Positions 28,501 through 42,255 of a stretch of 64,000 nucleotides of DNA are shown here, piece after piece. Every line of letters starts with the position of its first letter. Within the stretch, counting starts at the first letter, position 1. The stretch lies in contig CAXHJY010000210.1 of NCBI GenBank assembly GCA_964016885.1, positions 62,001 to 126,000 on the forward strand. Reading direction: 5' to 3'. This DNA is from Eledone cirrhosa. Its lineage: Eukaryota. The notes beneath the pieces were generated by a model. The model did not search any database. It saw only the letters and a program-made list of their open reading frames with translations, and was not told where the DNA came from. Made by a program: the position numbers and the translations under genes.

Positions 28501-29335
28501 AGTCAGAACGGGATGGGAAAAGTTCAGAGAGCTTATTCCACTATTGACCGCTAAAGGGTTCTCTCTAAAAATGAAAGGCAGGCTGTATGATGCCTGCATA
28601 CGAACAGCAATGTTCCATGGCAGTGAGACCTGGGCATTGTGTGCAGAGGACCTGCGCAGACTGGAGAGGAACGAAGCTTGCATGCTCCGCTGGATGTGCA
28701 ATAATAATATACGTGAACAGCAAAGCATAAATGAACTAAGTGAGAAATTAGGAATAAGAGGGATCAGATGCTGTTTACTCGAGAGAAGACTACTTTGGTA
28801 TGGTCACGTGATGCGCATGAAAGACGACAGCTGTATAAAAAAGTGCAGGGCGATCAAAATTGATGGAAGTTATAGAGTAGGCAGACCCAGAAAAACCTGG
28901 GACCATTTGATAAATTCCGACCTCACACACTTACACCTCTCTAAGACAATGTCAGTGGACCGAGATCTTTGGCGCTATGCAGTAATACAGAAGACCCGCC
29001 TTGCCTATGTACAAAGCGAAACCTACAGTCAGTAGGCACCTCATAACCAAAAATATACCCTCCTCCCCATCTACGCCACCCCTTTCCCTGTAAAGTTATG
29101 TTGGTACCACAACATCCAGTCCTAAATAAATGAGGTCATGTAGGTGTCACGACAAAAAAACACAATCCACGTAAAAACCTCCCAGTCCACACTGTAAACA
29201 TGGTTGGTGTTAGGAAGGGCATCCAGTCGTAGAAAACCTGCCAGATACGAGCGAGACGACCACTCTTGCCTCAAGTGGGACAATTCCCGTCTAAACCCAT
29301 GCTAGCGTGGAAGATAGACGTTAAATGATGATGAT
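25362..29335 (+). pseudogene. Near-full-length, disabled RTE LINE (APE endonuclease plus RT)
   Basis: APE motifs VGTMNVGTL, CCIQET, SAYAPQ, AGDLNGHVG and SQIDYIL. RT motifs as in 17057-18721, with multiple stops and frameshifts. GATGATGAT tail. 5' boundary uncertain. Confidence 0.92.
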
Positions 29336-31436
29336 TTTCCTATTTAACATTCCAGTCTTCTCAATCTAAATTTTCTTTTTTTCTTTTTCTATTAAACTAT
29401 ATTTACATGATATATTCCATAAATAAAATTATATTTTTCTATGTGCAATGCCTTGCATTACTCATTTATTTCTTAAGAACGAATGTATTTTAGTAATTCG
29501 AATGGTGGATGATTTTTGTTGTTATTTATTTCATTTACCCTAGAAATGGATAAATCAATGTTATTCAACAAAAATTTGAAACCCAAATAAGATTTTAACA
29601 CTACTTCTCTGCTCTTAGCATATATTCTCTTCACCAACAAACCAACCAATAAGCAAGCTATTAATTACACCATTGCTCAACCTGCTAAAAACAACAGCCA
29701 AATCTCCCTCAATCACACTGTAGCATCTTGAAAAAGGAAAGGAGATACTGGATAGTGTATTCCTACATGCCACTAAAAAGTCAGGATGGCCATAGATTTG
29801 CTCAATCAGGATTGATATCAGGTTAAACAAGAATTGCTCCTCCCCACCCATAAAAAAAGCCCACCCAAGTCATTCATCTCCTTTCCTCCTATCAGTAGAG
29901 AAAGACCGTGAAAAGCTTGGAAAGAGGTGGTTAGAGCTGATTTCAAAATGCTGAACCTCACCGAGGAAATGATGAAGGTATGCTATGACTAGAAGGAGCC
30001 TGTACTGGAAAGGACCTCTCCAACCTATGGAAGCATGGAAAAGAGAACATAAATTGATGCTGATACCCCGCCCACTCCATTCCAGTGGATCTTTAACAAG
30101 TATGAGCAGTTAAGCTCTTTTTTAGCAGTGGGCCACATTGATATTGATATTGTCAATATTTGAACTCAGAATGTAAAGTCAGAATAAATGTAGCATCATC
30201 ATCATCATTGCAACCACTGTTGAATATTCCTAACAAAGTCTCTTCACAATTCATGATTTTCCATTGCTCCTGGCAACTGCTCCTTATTGAGGTTTGTATC
30301 GTCTGAGAGTTGATTGCAGAAGGTTCAAGCAGGTCTTCCTCTACTGTGTCTCCTAATAGTAGCTTCTGTATAACTTCCTCTAATGCATCACTGTGAGTTG
30401 GTTCCCACAATATAACTTGTGTATAACTTCCTACTTACTTCTCCAGCAATGTCCTGCAATCATAACCATCTTTGAGCAATTGTAGTTGTTATCTTGGGCA
30501 AGTTTCCATATAAACTTTCATTTTGTACAACCTAAGCATTCTAGTGTATACAACATCTAGTTTCGTCTCACGTGCTTATGTTAGAGTCCATGTACCTGAT
30601 CCATACAACAACACATAAATGTAACAATGGCATTTTATCCGATACTATAACCATTTTTACCAATCCACCACCTTAATATGTTTCATATATTGCAATGTAA
30701 ATTTACATAAAATCACATCAGCACATGATCTAATAAAAATCTCAAACCACTCAAATACAGTAAAAACTGTAGCAAGCAAGAACACTATATCATCTATTAC
30801 CAACAATTAAAAAGAAATACAAATAGTGAATTATGTGTTTCAACTAACTTGAAAATTGTAAAGTTGTGGCTATCATTTATGTGCCAAAAAACATCTCCAT
30901 ATATGGTGGTCATGAATTGTGGGGAGACTTTGTTAAGAATATTCAACAGCGGTTGCAATGATGATGCTCCATATGGTGGTCATGTAGGTGTCACGACAAA
31001 AAGCACCCAGCCCACACTGTAAAGTGGTTGTGATGGTGACATGGCGAAAAGCGCCCAGTCCACACTGTAAATGAGGTTGGTGTTAGGAAGGGCATCCAAC
31101 TGTAGAAACCAAGCCAAAATCAGTTCTGTATGAGCAAGACACGGTCACCTGACCTAGCATTGCCCATAAAAGGATAATTCATCTAACCCATGCTAGCGTA
31201 GAAAAATGGACATTAAACAGTGGTGTGTGTGTGTGGAAATGGATTGTTGTATTATTTATTATTTATTTAGAACCAGGAAGGCAGGCTAATTCAATTCAAA
31301 AACTGAGATCAGATGTTTAACAATTAATATTGTAATAATCTAGTAGAAGACATCTAAAAACTGGTTTGTTAATTCAAATGTTCATAGTATCTTTGCTAGT
31401 GAACAGATTGTTGGAAATATTTGCGGTAAACTATAG

Positions 31437-31560
31437 TGGAGGTGCGTGGCTTAGTGGTTAGAGAGTTTGACTCGCAATCATGAGGTTGTGAGTTCAATTC
31501 TTGGACCGGGTGATGTGCTGTGGCCTTGAGCAAGACACTCTATTTCACGTTGCTCCTTCT
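31437..31560 (+). mobile_element. tRNA-derived CORE-type SINE
   Basis: A box TGGCTTAGTGG, B box GAGTTCAATTC, then CCTTGAGCAAGACACT. Confidence 0.8.
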
Positions 31561-32858
31561 CCCAGGAGTTGCAACTGGTAGATATTATCAGCAATGGAAA
31601 GACCAATGGAAACATTTCTTTGGTCCAGTTTGACGAGGTCCACCCCACTCTACAAGCAAATGAGATCTGAAATCTTGTCAATCGATCAGAGCGAAAGTGA
31701 ACATTTTAATATTTAATGTGATGCAGTCAAAGTGTTGTTTTGTACTTTTCAGGAATGTCTTGTTAATGTGGCTTCGTGTAGTTTGTTAATTCATATGTTT
31801 GTAGTATCTTTACTAGTGGAGAGACTGTTGTGAACATTTGCAGTAAACTAAAATAAGCACTTCAATTTTTAATGCAATGCAGCTATTATGCTGCTTTTGT
31901 ACATTTCAAGAATGTCTTTCTTATGTGGTTTCATATGGTGGACTTTATGGGTTAATCAGAACTGACTGGAATAGTTTCTCCAGACCAACAGAAGTTGGAC
32001 TCAATACTGCAAACTAATGAACCAATCACTAAACAACTTTACAATGCTGTTGCTGTTTATGGTAGTGAGTTGTTTTAGGTATTTTTTTATGGCTATGTGG
32101 ACTGAAATATAAAATGGTTTGTGGTATTATTCATTAATCATTCTCGTTCTCTGAGCTTTGAATTCAAACAAATCCCACCAAGGCCTATTCGCAATCCCCC
32201 CCCCCCTCTCTCTCAACCACCTAACAGGCAGCCCACAGTGTGGGGCTGAGTGCATTTCATTGAGGCACCAGCACTACAATTTTCGACATTAGGGCTCTTG
32301 TTCTCAGCCAAGCTGATATATATATACACACAAACACACATGGCATCTTCTTATGGTTTATTAGTGTGACATAGGAAGCATACAATTCTTCTAAAACTGT
32401 TCTATAAATGGAACACAAATTTCAAACTTCGTGTTTTGTTTGTTTGTTTGTCTTTTCATATGAACAATAGCCAAACGTATAGTGTTTTATAAATGTAATA
32501 AAATTGTATGGCTTCTGGATATTTATTAAAATCTGAATTCATATTAAAATTAATTCTGTCAAATTTGTTTAAATGATATTTGCTGCTTAATCTAATCATT
32601 TTAAGACACTATCCCTGCCCCATTCACACATCTATGATATATGTATTATAATAGTGAGTTTAATAAAACCTTGATATAAATTAGTAGACAAAATTTCTCT
32701 CGGGGCATGTTTAAAATAAAAAAACAATTCCAATAAAATCAGTTGTTCAAAATTTTTGCAAAATATAGACAATGCAGATTGGAGTAGATCTATTTTTTTA
32801 AAGCAAAATAGTGAAAAGTATTGAACAAATTTCAGTTTGATGAGACATTCTGAGTGAA

Positions 32859-33350
32859 GCATCATCATCATCATCATCATCATCATTTAATATCCATTTT
32901 TCCCGCTAGCATAGGTAAAGCAGGCTGTCCCTTTAGGAGAGATCTGGTCGAAGGAACGTGCTTCTTTCACACAGGGCTGTTTTTGGCTTGGTTTCTACAG
33001 CTAGATGCCCTTCCTAACGTCAACCATATTTACAGTGTAAACTGGGTGCTTTTTGTTGTGACACCTACATGACCACTTAACAGTGTGGGTTGGGTACTTT
33101 TTGTCGTATCGCCAACACGACCACTTTACAGTGTGGGCTGGGTGCTTTTTACCAAGTCACCATCACTACCACTTTACAATGTGGACTGGGCACTATTTGT
33201 CATGTTGCCAACGCAACGACTTTACAGTGTGGGCTGAGCGCTTTTTGTTGTGTCGCCATCACGACCACTTTACAGTGTGGGCTGGAGGCTTCACTGGGTG
33301 TATACTTCAGATTATCCTCATGGGAGATGGGTGGGGAGGAGAGGGGTGGT
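32859..33350 (-). mobile_element. RTE 3'UTR-derived repeat with ~6 diverged 48-bp units
   Basis: Starts with (CAT)n; CCACTTTACAGTGTGGGCTGGGTGCTTTT-like motif recurs every ~48 bp from about 33020 to 33285. Confidence 0.8.
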
Positions 33351-34949
33351 GCACGCTATATATATGCTTCAGCTAACTATGAGTAAACAACCAATCAATG
33401 TATGTGTGTGTGTGAGTGTTCAAGGGGTAGATGCAAAATGCTTTATCCATGGCAAATTTCTATGGTCAGATGCCCTTCATGATGTCAACCCATACTTTTC
33501 AGGGTAGAGATTCACCAACTTAACATGTTTTAGAAGCGAAAACATGCACATGCATACATACAAATGGTAGACTTTCAAAAAGTTCCTATCTACCAAATTC
33601 AGTCACAAGGTATTGGTCAACCTGACGTCATAGCAAAGAACCATGCAGTGGGACAAAACCCTAAACTAAATGCTTTAGAAGCAAATATCTAAATCATACA
33701 ACCATGACGGAATCTACAAGTGTACATAAACAAATAGAGTTTCACTGTATGAATATGGTGAGAGAAAATTTAAATCAACTGACATAAAAAGCAAATGAGG
33801 GCAGTCACTCATATAGCTTGAGATGATACAAGTCTTCTGGAACAATTTAGAACAATGTCCACTCCCACTGGATTGGCTTAAATTGTTCCAAAAGATTTGG
33901 AATATTTCAGGCTATACGAGTTTTCTCCCTTTCTTGCTTCTCATTATCTGAACATTCATAAAGGGACCTTTGGTCTTTAAATTGTGAGGGCGCTCTTAGT
34001 TGATTGAAATTCTTCCCTACTCGCCATATTTAGATAGCATACAAGAGCACATTTTCAGAAATTTTTACTCAGTTTAAAAATATTAATTTCAAATGGCACA
34101 ATTTTAAATTGTTTACAAATGGTGTTTGATATATCGACAATATGTTATTTAAGAGTCAGCATAATTGAATGTCGTTTGTTTCAAAGACATTATTGTTATA
34201 ACTGGGGCCTAACTATTGTTAAAATATATACTTTTTTTTCCTGCTTGAACAATAGGGTGGTAATTTTCATACTGTAAAGTTGTTTCTTCTGTCTGTTGAC
34301 ACACACTAGCCAATTTGAAAATGATTTGAGAAAAATAAAATATAGAAATTAGATACGTAATTAAAGTAACATCGGTATAACTACACCACTGTATAAATAG
34401 TTTTTACTGATAGTAATGAATTTAAACCACACAATACTACAATAGTTTATGTGGAGATAAAAATATTTATGTGAACATTTTGGATTAAATATACTTAACA
34501 ATAATCTATATATAAATTTGAGCAACTTCCGTCCATCACACAATGATGTCACAAAAGAAAGGAAGGGGGTGGTGAAAAAATTATAGCAAAACAGCAGCTG
34601 TCGTTCCATTTGCTAGTTTGTGTGTGTGAATGTATTCTGTGAGTGTGTATTTTTGTAAATGTGTCTGTGTTTGTGTGTTTATATTTATATATACTCATAC
34701 ATATAAATGTATGCATATGCACATTCACACAGGCACATACATACACATCAGCAGGTTTAAAAAAAGTTCTAGTCATTTTTAAAAAGTGGATTCAATTATG
34801 AAAATTAAACAGACTACCTGTAAAACGGTTGGTTTACATACTTTAATATCATGAAAACTGAATATTGTAGTAAAATATATAAGATCAAGATTTTGATGAA
34901 AAACGCAGTACAAGTTTACAACAAATTTTGCAAAGATTGGGGCAGTGTT

Positions 34950-35096
34950 CTGGGTTGTTTATACTCCATTTTGTGCACAGAATACTCAATACCAAAGTAG
35001 AGTTTAAATATTCATTTATTAAGGCTGAAGATCATGTGTGTATGAAACTCCAGAGTAACAAGACTCATTCATTACTTAGCCATAATAAATGAATAT
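34950..35096. mobile_element. Penelope-pLTR-like foldback with a 5'-truncated hammerhead
   Basis: Inverted 19-mers at 35008-35026 and 35078-35096. Plus strand reads CTGAAGA-tcatgtgtgtat-GAA-ACTC ca GAGT-A at 35025-35057. Confidence 0.55.
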
Positions 35097-35248
35097 ATAT
35101 ATATACAAATAGATAGATAGGTAAAACCCCAAACATTATGCCAAGCGGTTTCAGCCAAAACCGTTTGGTGCCGCAGAGTCGGCATTTTACCTATCTCCTA
35201 TATACACTCTGCATTTCCACATGATTAGTAGAGTTAAACAGAGTCTAA

Positions 35249-35502
35249 ATATAATAATACAAGGACAATTTGTTACGCCTTCATTACATTTATTGATTAG
35301 TGAGGCATGTTTCTCTATTGATCAGCTCAAGGTTCGATCGGTCCCGATTCTGACATTACAACAGCAGACGTCTGACAAACTTTTGATTCCAAAGTCAGAC
35401 CAGATCGATACAGATTGAACCTTGAGTTGATCAATAGCGAACGAGTGTCACCAATCAATAAACATAATGAAGGCTTAACAAATCGACCTTTTATTATTAT
35501 AT
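35249..35502. repeat. Diverged ~100-bp-arm inverted repeat (foldback/MITE-like)
   Basis: ATAATAATACAAGG...CTCAAGGTTCGATC pairs with GATTGAACCTTGAG...CCTTTTATTATTAT. Confidence 0.75.
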
Positions 35503-35709
35503 ATATCCAAATCGAAATCCTTTTCACTCCTGTTAGAGGAAGCCCTCACTGGTTGACTTTCACAGCTTCCTATCCCTGACCATACTGTCCATGTTGGGAC
35601 GAGGTATGAGGTCAGATCATTGCGCCACCTTGCCTTAGGCCGCTTACTAGTTCTTCTATCTATATATATATATATACAGATACATACACACATATATATA
35701 TATACATAT

Positions 35710-36342
35710 ATTAGAAATAAGAGGGATCAGATGCTGTTTACTCGAGAGAAGACTACGTTGGTATGGTCACGTGATGCGCATAAAAGACGAGAGCTGTATA
35801 AAAAAGTGCAGGGCAATAAAAATAGATGGAAGCTACGGAGTAGGTAGACCCAGAAAAACCTGGGACGACTTGATAAATTCCGACCTCACACACTTACACC
35901 TCTCCAAGACAATGTCACTGGACGGAGATCTTTGGCGCTACGCAGTAATACAGAAGACCCGCCTTGCCTAAGTACAAAGCGAAACCTACAGTCTTAACCA
36001 AAATACACCCCCGTCCCACCCCTACCACCCACCCCCATCTATACCACCCCTTTCGATATAAAGTTATGTTGTTACCTCAACATCCAGTCCTAAATAAATG
36101 AGGTCGTGTAGGTGTCACGACAAAAAAACACACAGTCCACGCTGTAATGTGGTTGTGTAGATAACACGGTAAAAACCTCCCAGTCCACACTAAATGTGGT
36201 TGGTGTTAGGAAGGGCATCCAGCCGTAGAAAACCTGCCAGATAGTCCTACACGAGCAAGACAACCAATCTTGCTCCAAGTGGGACAATTTCCATCTAAAC
36301 CCATGCTAGCGTGGAAGATAGACGTTAAACGATGATGATGAT
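35710..36342 (+). mobile_element. RTE LINE 3' fragment
   Basis: [19 protein letters not shown]...GRPRKTWD, then 3'UTR and GAT tail; flanked by TA tracts. Confidence 0.9.
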
Positions 36343-38684
36343 ACATACATATATATATATATATATATGGTGACATGAGAAATAGTGGTCATTTCACACT
36401 GTAAATGTGGTTGGCATTGGGAAGGGCATCCAGTTGTAGAAACGAAGCAATGAACAGTTCTATATAAGCTAGACACGGTCACAATGAAACAACTCATCTA
36501 ACCCATGCTAGCATAGAAAATGATGTTAAATGGTGTTAATGATGCTGATGATATACATACAAACATCTAAGCATATATATATATATACAACCCACACTGT
36601 AAAGTGGTTGTGTAGAAGTCATGACAAAAAAGCACCCGGTACACACTGTAAAGTGGTTGTATAGAAGTCATGACAAAAAAAGCACCCAGTACACACTGTA
36701 AATGTGGTTAGCCTTAAGAAGGGCTACTTAAAGCGTTAAACAAATATTCCTTCCAAATGTACCGTTTGTTTTGTTATTTCTATTTACCTGTTACATAGGT
36801 ACACACACACACACATATATATATATATAGTCATACCCATGCTGTCGTGGAAAATGGACGTTAAACAATGATGATATATATATAAAGAGAGAGAGGGAGA
36901 GAAAGAAAGAGATGACACTGATTAGGTTTATCAAAGGAAGTATATTTCCGTCAGCCATATTGCTCTATCAACATTATTTTCATTTATAGTTGACACATAT
37001 TTGAAAGGCATAATGAAATGCTACATTTTGAATAGTTCATTTCTATCAGGAGAGTTTTAACATCCACGAATAAATGCAGAAATGGATAATGAGAGATGAA
37101 ATTTCACAGTCCATTGATTAAAACGTTCAACCATAACTAAACTATATGGTTGAATATTCTGTGGAGTGGATGAATTTAATTACTAATTAAAGCTTTGTAT
37201 TATTTAATGATAGCATCTCAAAATAAGGTCAATCAGTGAAATAGATGACAAAAAAAAAAAAAAAAGACTTTATTCTCTATCGCAGACACACACACACACA
37301 AATGCACATTTTCAATTAATGTTGAAAATCCTGTTTTTTTTCCATTTGTTTATAAATGGGCAAAAGAACAATCCATGCAAGAAAGAATCTATTTTTTAAT
37401 TAGCATTCCTATCATCCATTCCCCAAAGATAAAATGGTTTCTAAAAAAATAAAAATTGTTGTAAACTAATTGTTTAGTTAATTTTTACTTTTGTTCTTTT
37501 TTTAAAAAAAGTATTATTTATAGATTAGACAAAGAAGGAAGTGCAGGTGTCCAATGGCCCTTTTTAGGATCTCAGAGACTAGTGGAAAGGAAGTGAGGAA
37601 ATTACTCATGGACCAAAGTTTTGGCTGGAATGCTTACAACCGAGTGGATTCCTTTAAAGGTACCGATGAACCTGGCAGTGCTCTTAATCCAGGAAATGGA
37701 TTAAGTCTATTATTATGCAAATGCAGTGGATTGGCAGAATCGGTAGAGCGTTGGACACCTTGCTTTGTGTTACAGTTCTTTATATTCTGAGTTCAAATCT
37801 CGCCAAGGTTAGCTTTGTCTTATGGGGTCAATAAAATATAGCATCAATAATGCACTGGGGTCAATTTAATTGACTGATACCCTCTTCCAAAATTGCTGGC
37901 CTTGTGCCTAAAGTAGAAATCATTATTACAGAAAGGAACAAAACGAAAGAGATTTCATTTTCATCTTCTTCACCCACTTATTCCTAAGAGGGTTGTGGGG
38001 GAAGAGTCCTCAAACACCCCTTCCAGTGGGTCCTGTCAGAAACTGATCTGACTAGATCCCCAAGCAAGACCAGCCAAGCTCATGGATGTTACACAACCTT
38101 CTAGTCTGAGTATTTGTTTTTGGATAAATGGTGCTAAATCAAAACCATTCAATGTGAGAGTCGGACCTCTCCTGTTCATTATTTACATGAATAGGATTGA
38201 CATGCGCAGCCAAATTGAAAGTGGTATCATGACTAGCAGGTGTAAAATCAATCAGTTGGAATTTGCAGATGACATGATGTTACTTAACTCAACAGAAATT
38301 AAACACTTTATTTCACATAATTATCTCACATATCGAATCTATGAGATGTTGATATTATTTATTTTGAAAACAATACCTTAACATAAGTATGAGCAGCCGG
38401 TTACAGCTGATTTGAACAGAAAGAGGTGAGAGAATTCTGGCTGGTTTAAATGCTAAAGGGTTAAAGCTGTCCTAGATACCCTGACAAAAAACAAAACAGG
38501 TTGTTCATGACTGGAATGACTTTGATCATAAGGTTTGTTCAAACTGAGAGATATGGTGCTAAACACATGTTGGTCTTCCATCATCTCCTATGACAAGCAG
38601 TTCAGTTGTTTGAACAATGGAACAGCCTGCTCATGAAATTAACGTGCAAGTGGCTGAACATTCCACAGACACATGCACTCTTAA

Positions 38685-38889
38685 CCCTTTAGTATTTATA
38701 TTACTCTAAAAATACTATTATATTCTTGTAGTAAAAGCTTTATCTAACATATTGAATCTATGAGATTTTTATATTATTTATTTTGAGAACAATACCTTAA
38801 CATCAGTATAAGTGGCCAGTTACAGCTAGTTTGAACAGAAAGAGGTGAGAGAATTCTGGCTGGATATGGCTGGTTTAAATGCTAAGGGG
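38685..38889 (+). mobile_element. piggyBac MITE inserted in a minus-strand CORE SINE (~38600-39082)
   Basis: TTAA duplicated at 38681 and 38890; SINE sequence resumes on both sides. Confidence 0.85.
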
Positions 38890-39613
38890 TTAATGTAATT
38901 CTCAATCAGATTCAGTGTGATAAAGTTGGCCCTTTGAATTACAGGCACAACTAATTTCTTTTATCCAGTTGAATGGACTGGAGCAACATGAAATAAAGTA
39001 TCTTGCTTAAGGATATAATGCACCACCCTGGTATTCAAAATTACGATTGTGAGGCAAACACCTTAACTACTAACCAACGCACTTTCTCAACAACAAAAAT
39101 GTTTTTATTATAAGTGAAGCAGTGAAATTGGAGAAAACGTACTTCAAGCTAGAAAAGTGATCAATATTTCCATAGATGGTGTAAAGCATAACATGTGAAA
39201 ATAAATTATACATTTACTGTACTGATGCAGACCAAAACCAGAATGTCGATACTGGATTTATGTTTACGTAATAAATGTCTCCACCCACTCTTCCTGTTGA
39301 AGATGATATAAATTATTATTTTAGCAGTGTCAGTAACAAAACAGCCTCTATTTATGTGGTAACTCGAAGTGTTAATGGCAGGCAAATATTTATGATATCA
39401 CACCATATGTTTCCAAAAATAAAAAATAAAGGATACATTATGCTGTAACAAAATCTTATCTTCAAATTTTTAGCTTTTGCTCTTCAGAACACAAAGCAAG
39501 CTGACATTTTCAAATAAGTTATCATTCAGTTATTACCACCTAAATCAATTAATTAGGGGTAACATTTCTGCTGTGGTGATTGTAGTGGCTTTAAGTGACA
39601 CAGTTCTCTAACG

Positions 39614-40026
39614 CAGTGTTTCCCAACCTATGGCCACATGACTAAAATGGGCCATGGCAAATTTCAGGTGGGCCACAGAAATTTTATAATTTTTACTGGG
39701 CCACCAGTAGGGGCCACAGCTTATTGAATGGTCCATAGAGCTTTTATTGACTACTAGTCCTTAAATTAATGAATTTAATTTTTTGTTTTGTGCCATATAT
39801 AGGAAAAATTGAATAAATACTGATAATAAATAGTTGTTTCACTGGAGATGCAAAATTTTTAGATGCTTGTGAAATTGTGTGTGTGTCTAATAAATAGTCA
39901 TAGTTGTATCTTTATTGGATTCAATGTAAAATGGAAGCAATTTTTTGCACTATAATAATTTCATGGGCCACGGAAAAATTCTGGGTTCAAAGTGGGCTAT
40001 GAGCTAAAAAAGGTTGGGAACCACTG
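39614..40026. mobile_element. hAT (Charlie-like) MITE
   Basis: TIRs CAGTGTTTCCCAACC / GGTTGGGAACCACTG; 8-bp TSD CTCTAACG/CTCTAACC. Confidence 0.88.
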
Positions 40027-40693
40027 CTCTAACCCATACCAGATGTCCTGACTGCCCTTCACATTGATATCAGACACTACTAGACATGGAGGCCGATTGT
40101 GTGTACTATAAATATGGAATTCACATTAACTGACTAAAATGTATTATAGAACAATAATGAAAAATATGCTTCATATCTATGCTTATCTTTTTCACTGAAG
40201 TTGCACAGTTGCCGACTTAGAATGGCAAAGCCAAAGTACATCTCATCTAGGTTAACTCTATCCATCCCTTATCATTCAGCAATTTTCATAACTTGGTCTA
40301 AAAATCCAATGCCCCTATAACACATTTCCTTTGCTTTTGTAGCAATTAATGATACTGCTGTTATGCCAGTCAATGTGTATGACACCATCTTGTATTACCA
40401 GATTTACTAATTAAGAAGATACAAAAAAAAATTGAGATACATAACTGATTACTGTTTTATAGTACTCGTTTTGTTATCATCATATCTTCTTACTGATAAT
40501 TATTTTGGCAATCATAAAGTTTTATCATAAAACCTAAAGGTTCTACAAGATATTTTAAACAAGTATTGAAAAATGCTTTTTTAAACAGTCCATAAAGCAT
40601 ATATTGATGTAGAAAAAAAATATGTATAAATGCATTAAAACACATTCCGATATGTTAAAACATATTTAAATATTACCTATACTGGAATTTTAA

Positions 40694-40899
40694 ACCTTTA
40701 GCATTTAAACTCGTCATGTCCAGTCAGAATTCTTTCACCTCTTTCTGTTTAAACTGCTTGTAACCGGCTGCTCATACGTATGTCAAGGTAGTGTTCTCAA
40801 AATCTCATTGATTCAATATTATGTGAGATAATTATGTGAAATAAAGTGTTTACCATGAAAATACAATAGTAAATATAGAGTAATGTAAATGCTAAAGGG
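40694..40899 (-). mobile_element. piggyBac MITE
   Basis: Reverse-oriented copy flanked by TTAA, ending ATGCTAAAGGG|TTAA. Confidence 0.82.
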
Positions 40900-41226
40900 T
40901 TAAAACCATTTTAACATATTTTTCGGCAGAAAAAATACTTAATTGAGAATATTAATATTTTCAGTTTACCAAGTGGTATTTTACACAAATATGCTGCCTT
41001 TCAATTTTGTAGCAAAAATTTATAGAATTTATTTTTAAAATTTGAACTCAGAAATATGAAGTACCAGCATATTAGAGGCATACAAATGGAATTGTCAATA
41101 CAATACATCGATAATATAGATAAACTAGAATTTCTTTCAACACGCTGATACAATGTGTATATCCGTGTGTGTATGTAGATTGTATACACAAGTGTAGTGA
41201 ATGTTAGATGCTGTTTTCTGTAGTTT

Positions 41227-41400
41227 GTCATCTCCCCTTCCTTCCTCAATCATCTCTACTGCATGACGTCACTACCCCTTCCTTCGTCAGTCATCTCTAA
41301 TGTTTGACATCATCACCCCTTCCTTCCTCAGTCATCTCTAGTGTGTGACATCATCACCCCTTCCTTCCTCAGTCATCTCTAGTGTGTGACGTCATCACCC
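41227..41400. repeat. 41-bp minisatellite, ~4 copies
   Basis: Unit GACATCATCACCCCTTCCTTCCTCAGTCATCTCTAGTGTGT, with starts at 41265, 41306, 41347 and 41388. Confidence 0.9.
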
Positions 41401-41589
41401 AAAGGACGGAAGTCGCTTAAATAGATGACAGTAGATATTTCAGATTTCTTTAATATTTTTAAAGTTCATAAAAGACATGAGTTTTCCCTTTCTATTCTTT
41501 TTTTGGGGGAGGGGGGGGGGGGGGTAGTAAATAAATTTATAAATTGACTAGCAGTATCCAGTGTTGTTCTGATGCCAAATAAATATGTG

Positions 41590-42255
41590 ATAACAGTTTG
41601 GAAATCCCAAAGTGAATGACCATAAGAAAGACAGTATTGTGCTGAAAAGATTCTGTGAAAGGAAATGCTGTTAATAATTATAGATCAATCACATGGTTAT
41701 CCCTTATGCAGAAGATAATGATGGGAACCAATTCCCAACATGTGTATGAATTTCTTGAAGCCAATGAGAAACTACTTGTGAAACAAAGGGTTCAGGAAAA
41801 AGAGCTGTGGAACAAAGGATCAGCTTCTCATTGATAGAATGGTGTGGATCAATTGTAAGAGGTGACATATGAATTTGGGAATGGTGTGGATCAATTGTAA
41901 GAGGTGACATATGAATTTGGGAATGGTGTGGATCAATTGTAAGTGGTGACATATGAATTTGGGAATGGTGTGGATCAATTGTAAGTGGTGACATATGAAT
42001 TTGGGAATGGTGTGGATCAATTGTAAGTGGTGACATATGAATTTGGGAATGGTGTGGATCAATTGTAAGTGGTGACATATGAATTTGGGAATGGTGTGGA
42101 TCAATTGTAAAAAAAGCTTATGATATGGTCCTTCGTTCCTGGATCTTAGAAAGTTTGGAACTGGCACAAGTTTCAGACAATATAGTGAATTTCATTAAGA
42201 GATCAATGTATAATTGGCAGGTGGAACTAATCTCATGTGGTGAATTTCTGGCATA
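41590..42255 (+). pseudogene. R4/Dong-like RT fragment containing a 42-bp minisatellite (41837-42110, ~6.5 copies)
   Basis: KGFRKKSCGTKDQLLID..[repeat]..KKAYDMV..SWILESL. Confidence 0.8.

Noticed and set aside
31437-31510. tRNA gene
   Set aside because: A and B boxes are present, but the sequence runs into a CORE SINE body and has no proper acceptor stem.
41837-42110. CRISPR-like regular repeats (also 15996-16444, 41227-41400, 61103-61680)
   Set aside because: Head-to-tail tandem units with no unique spacers, no cas genes, and a eukaryotic context.
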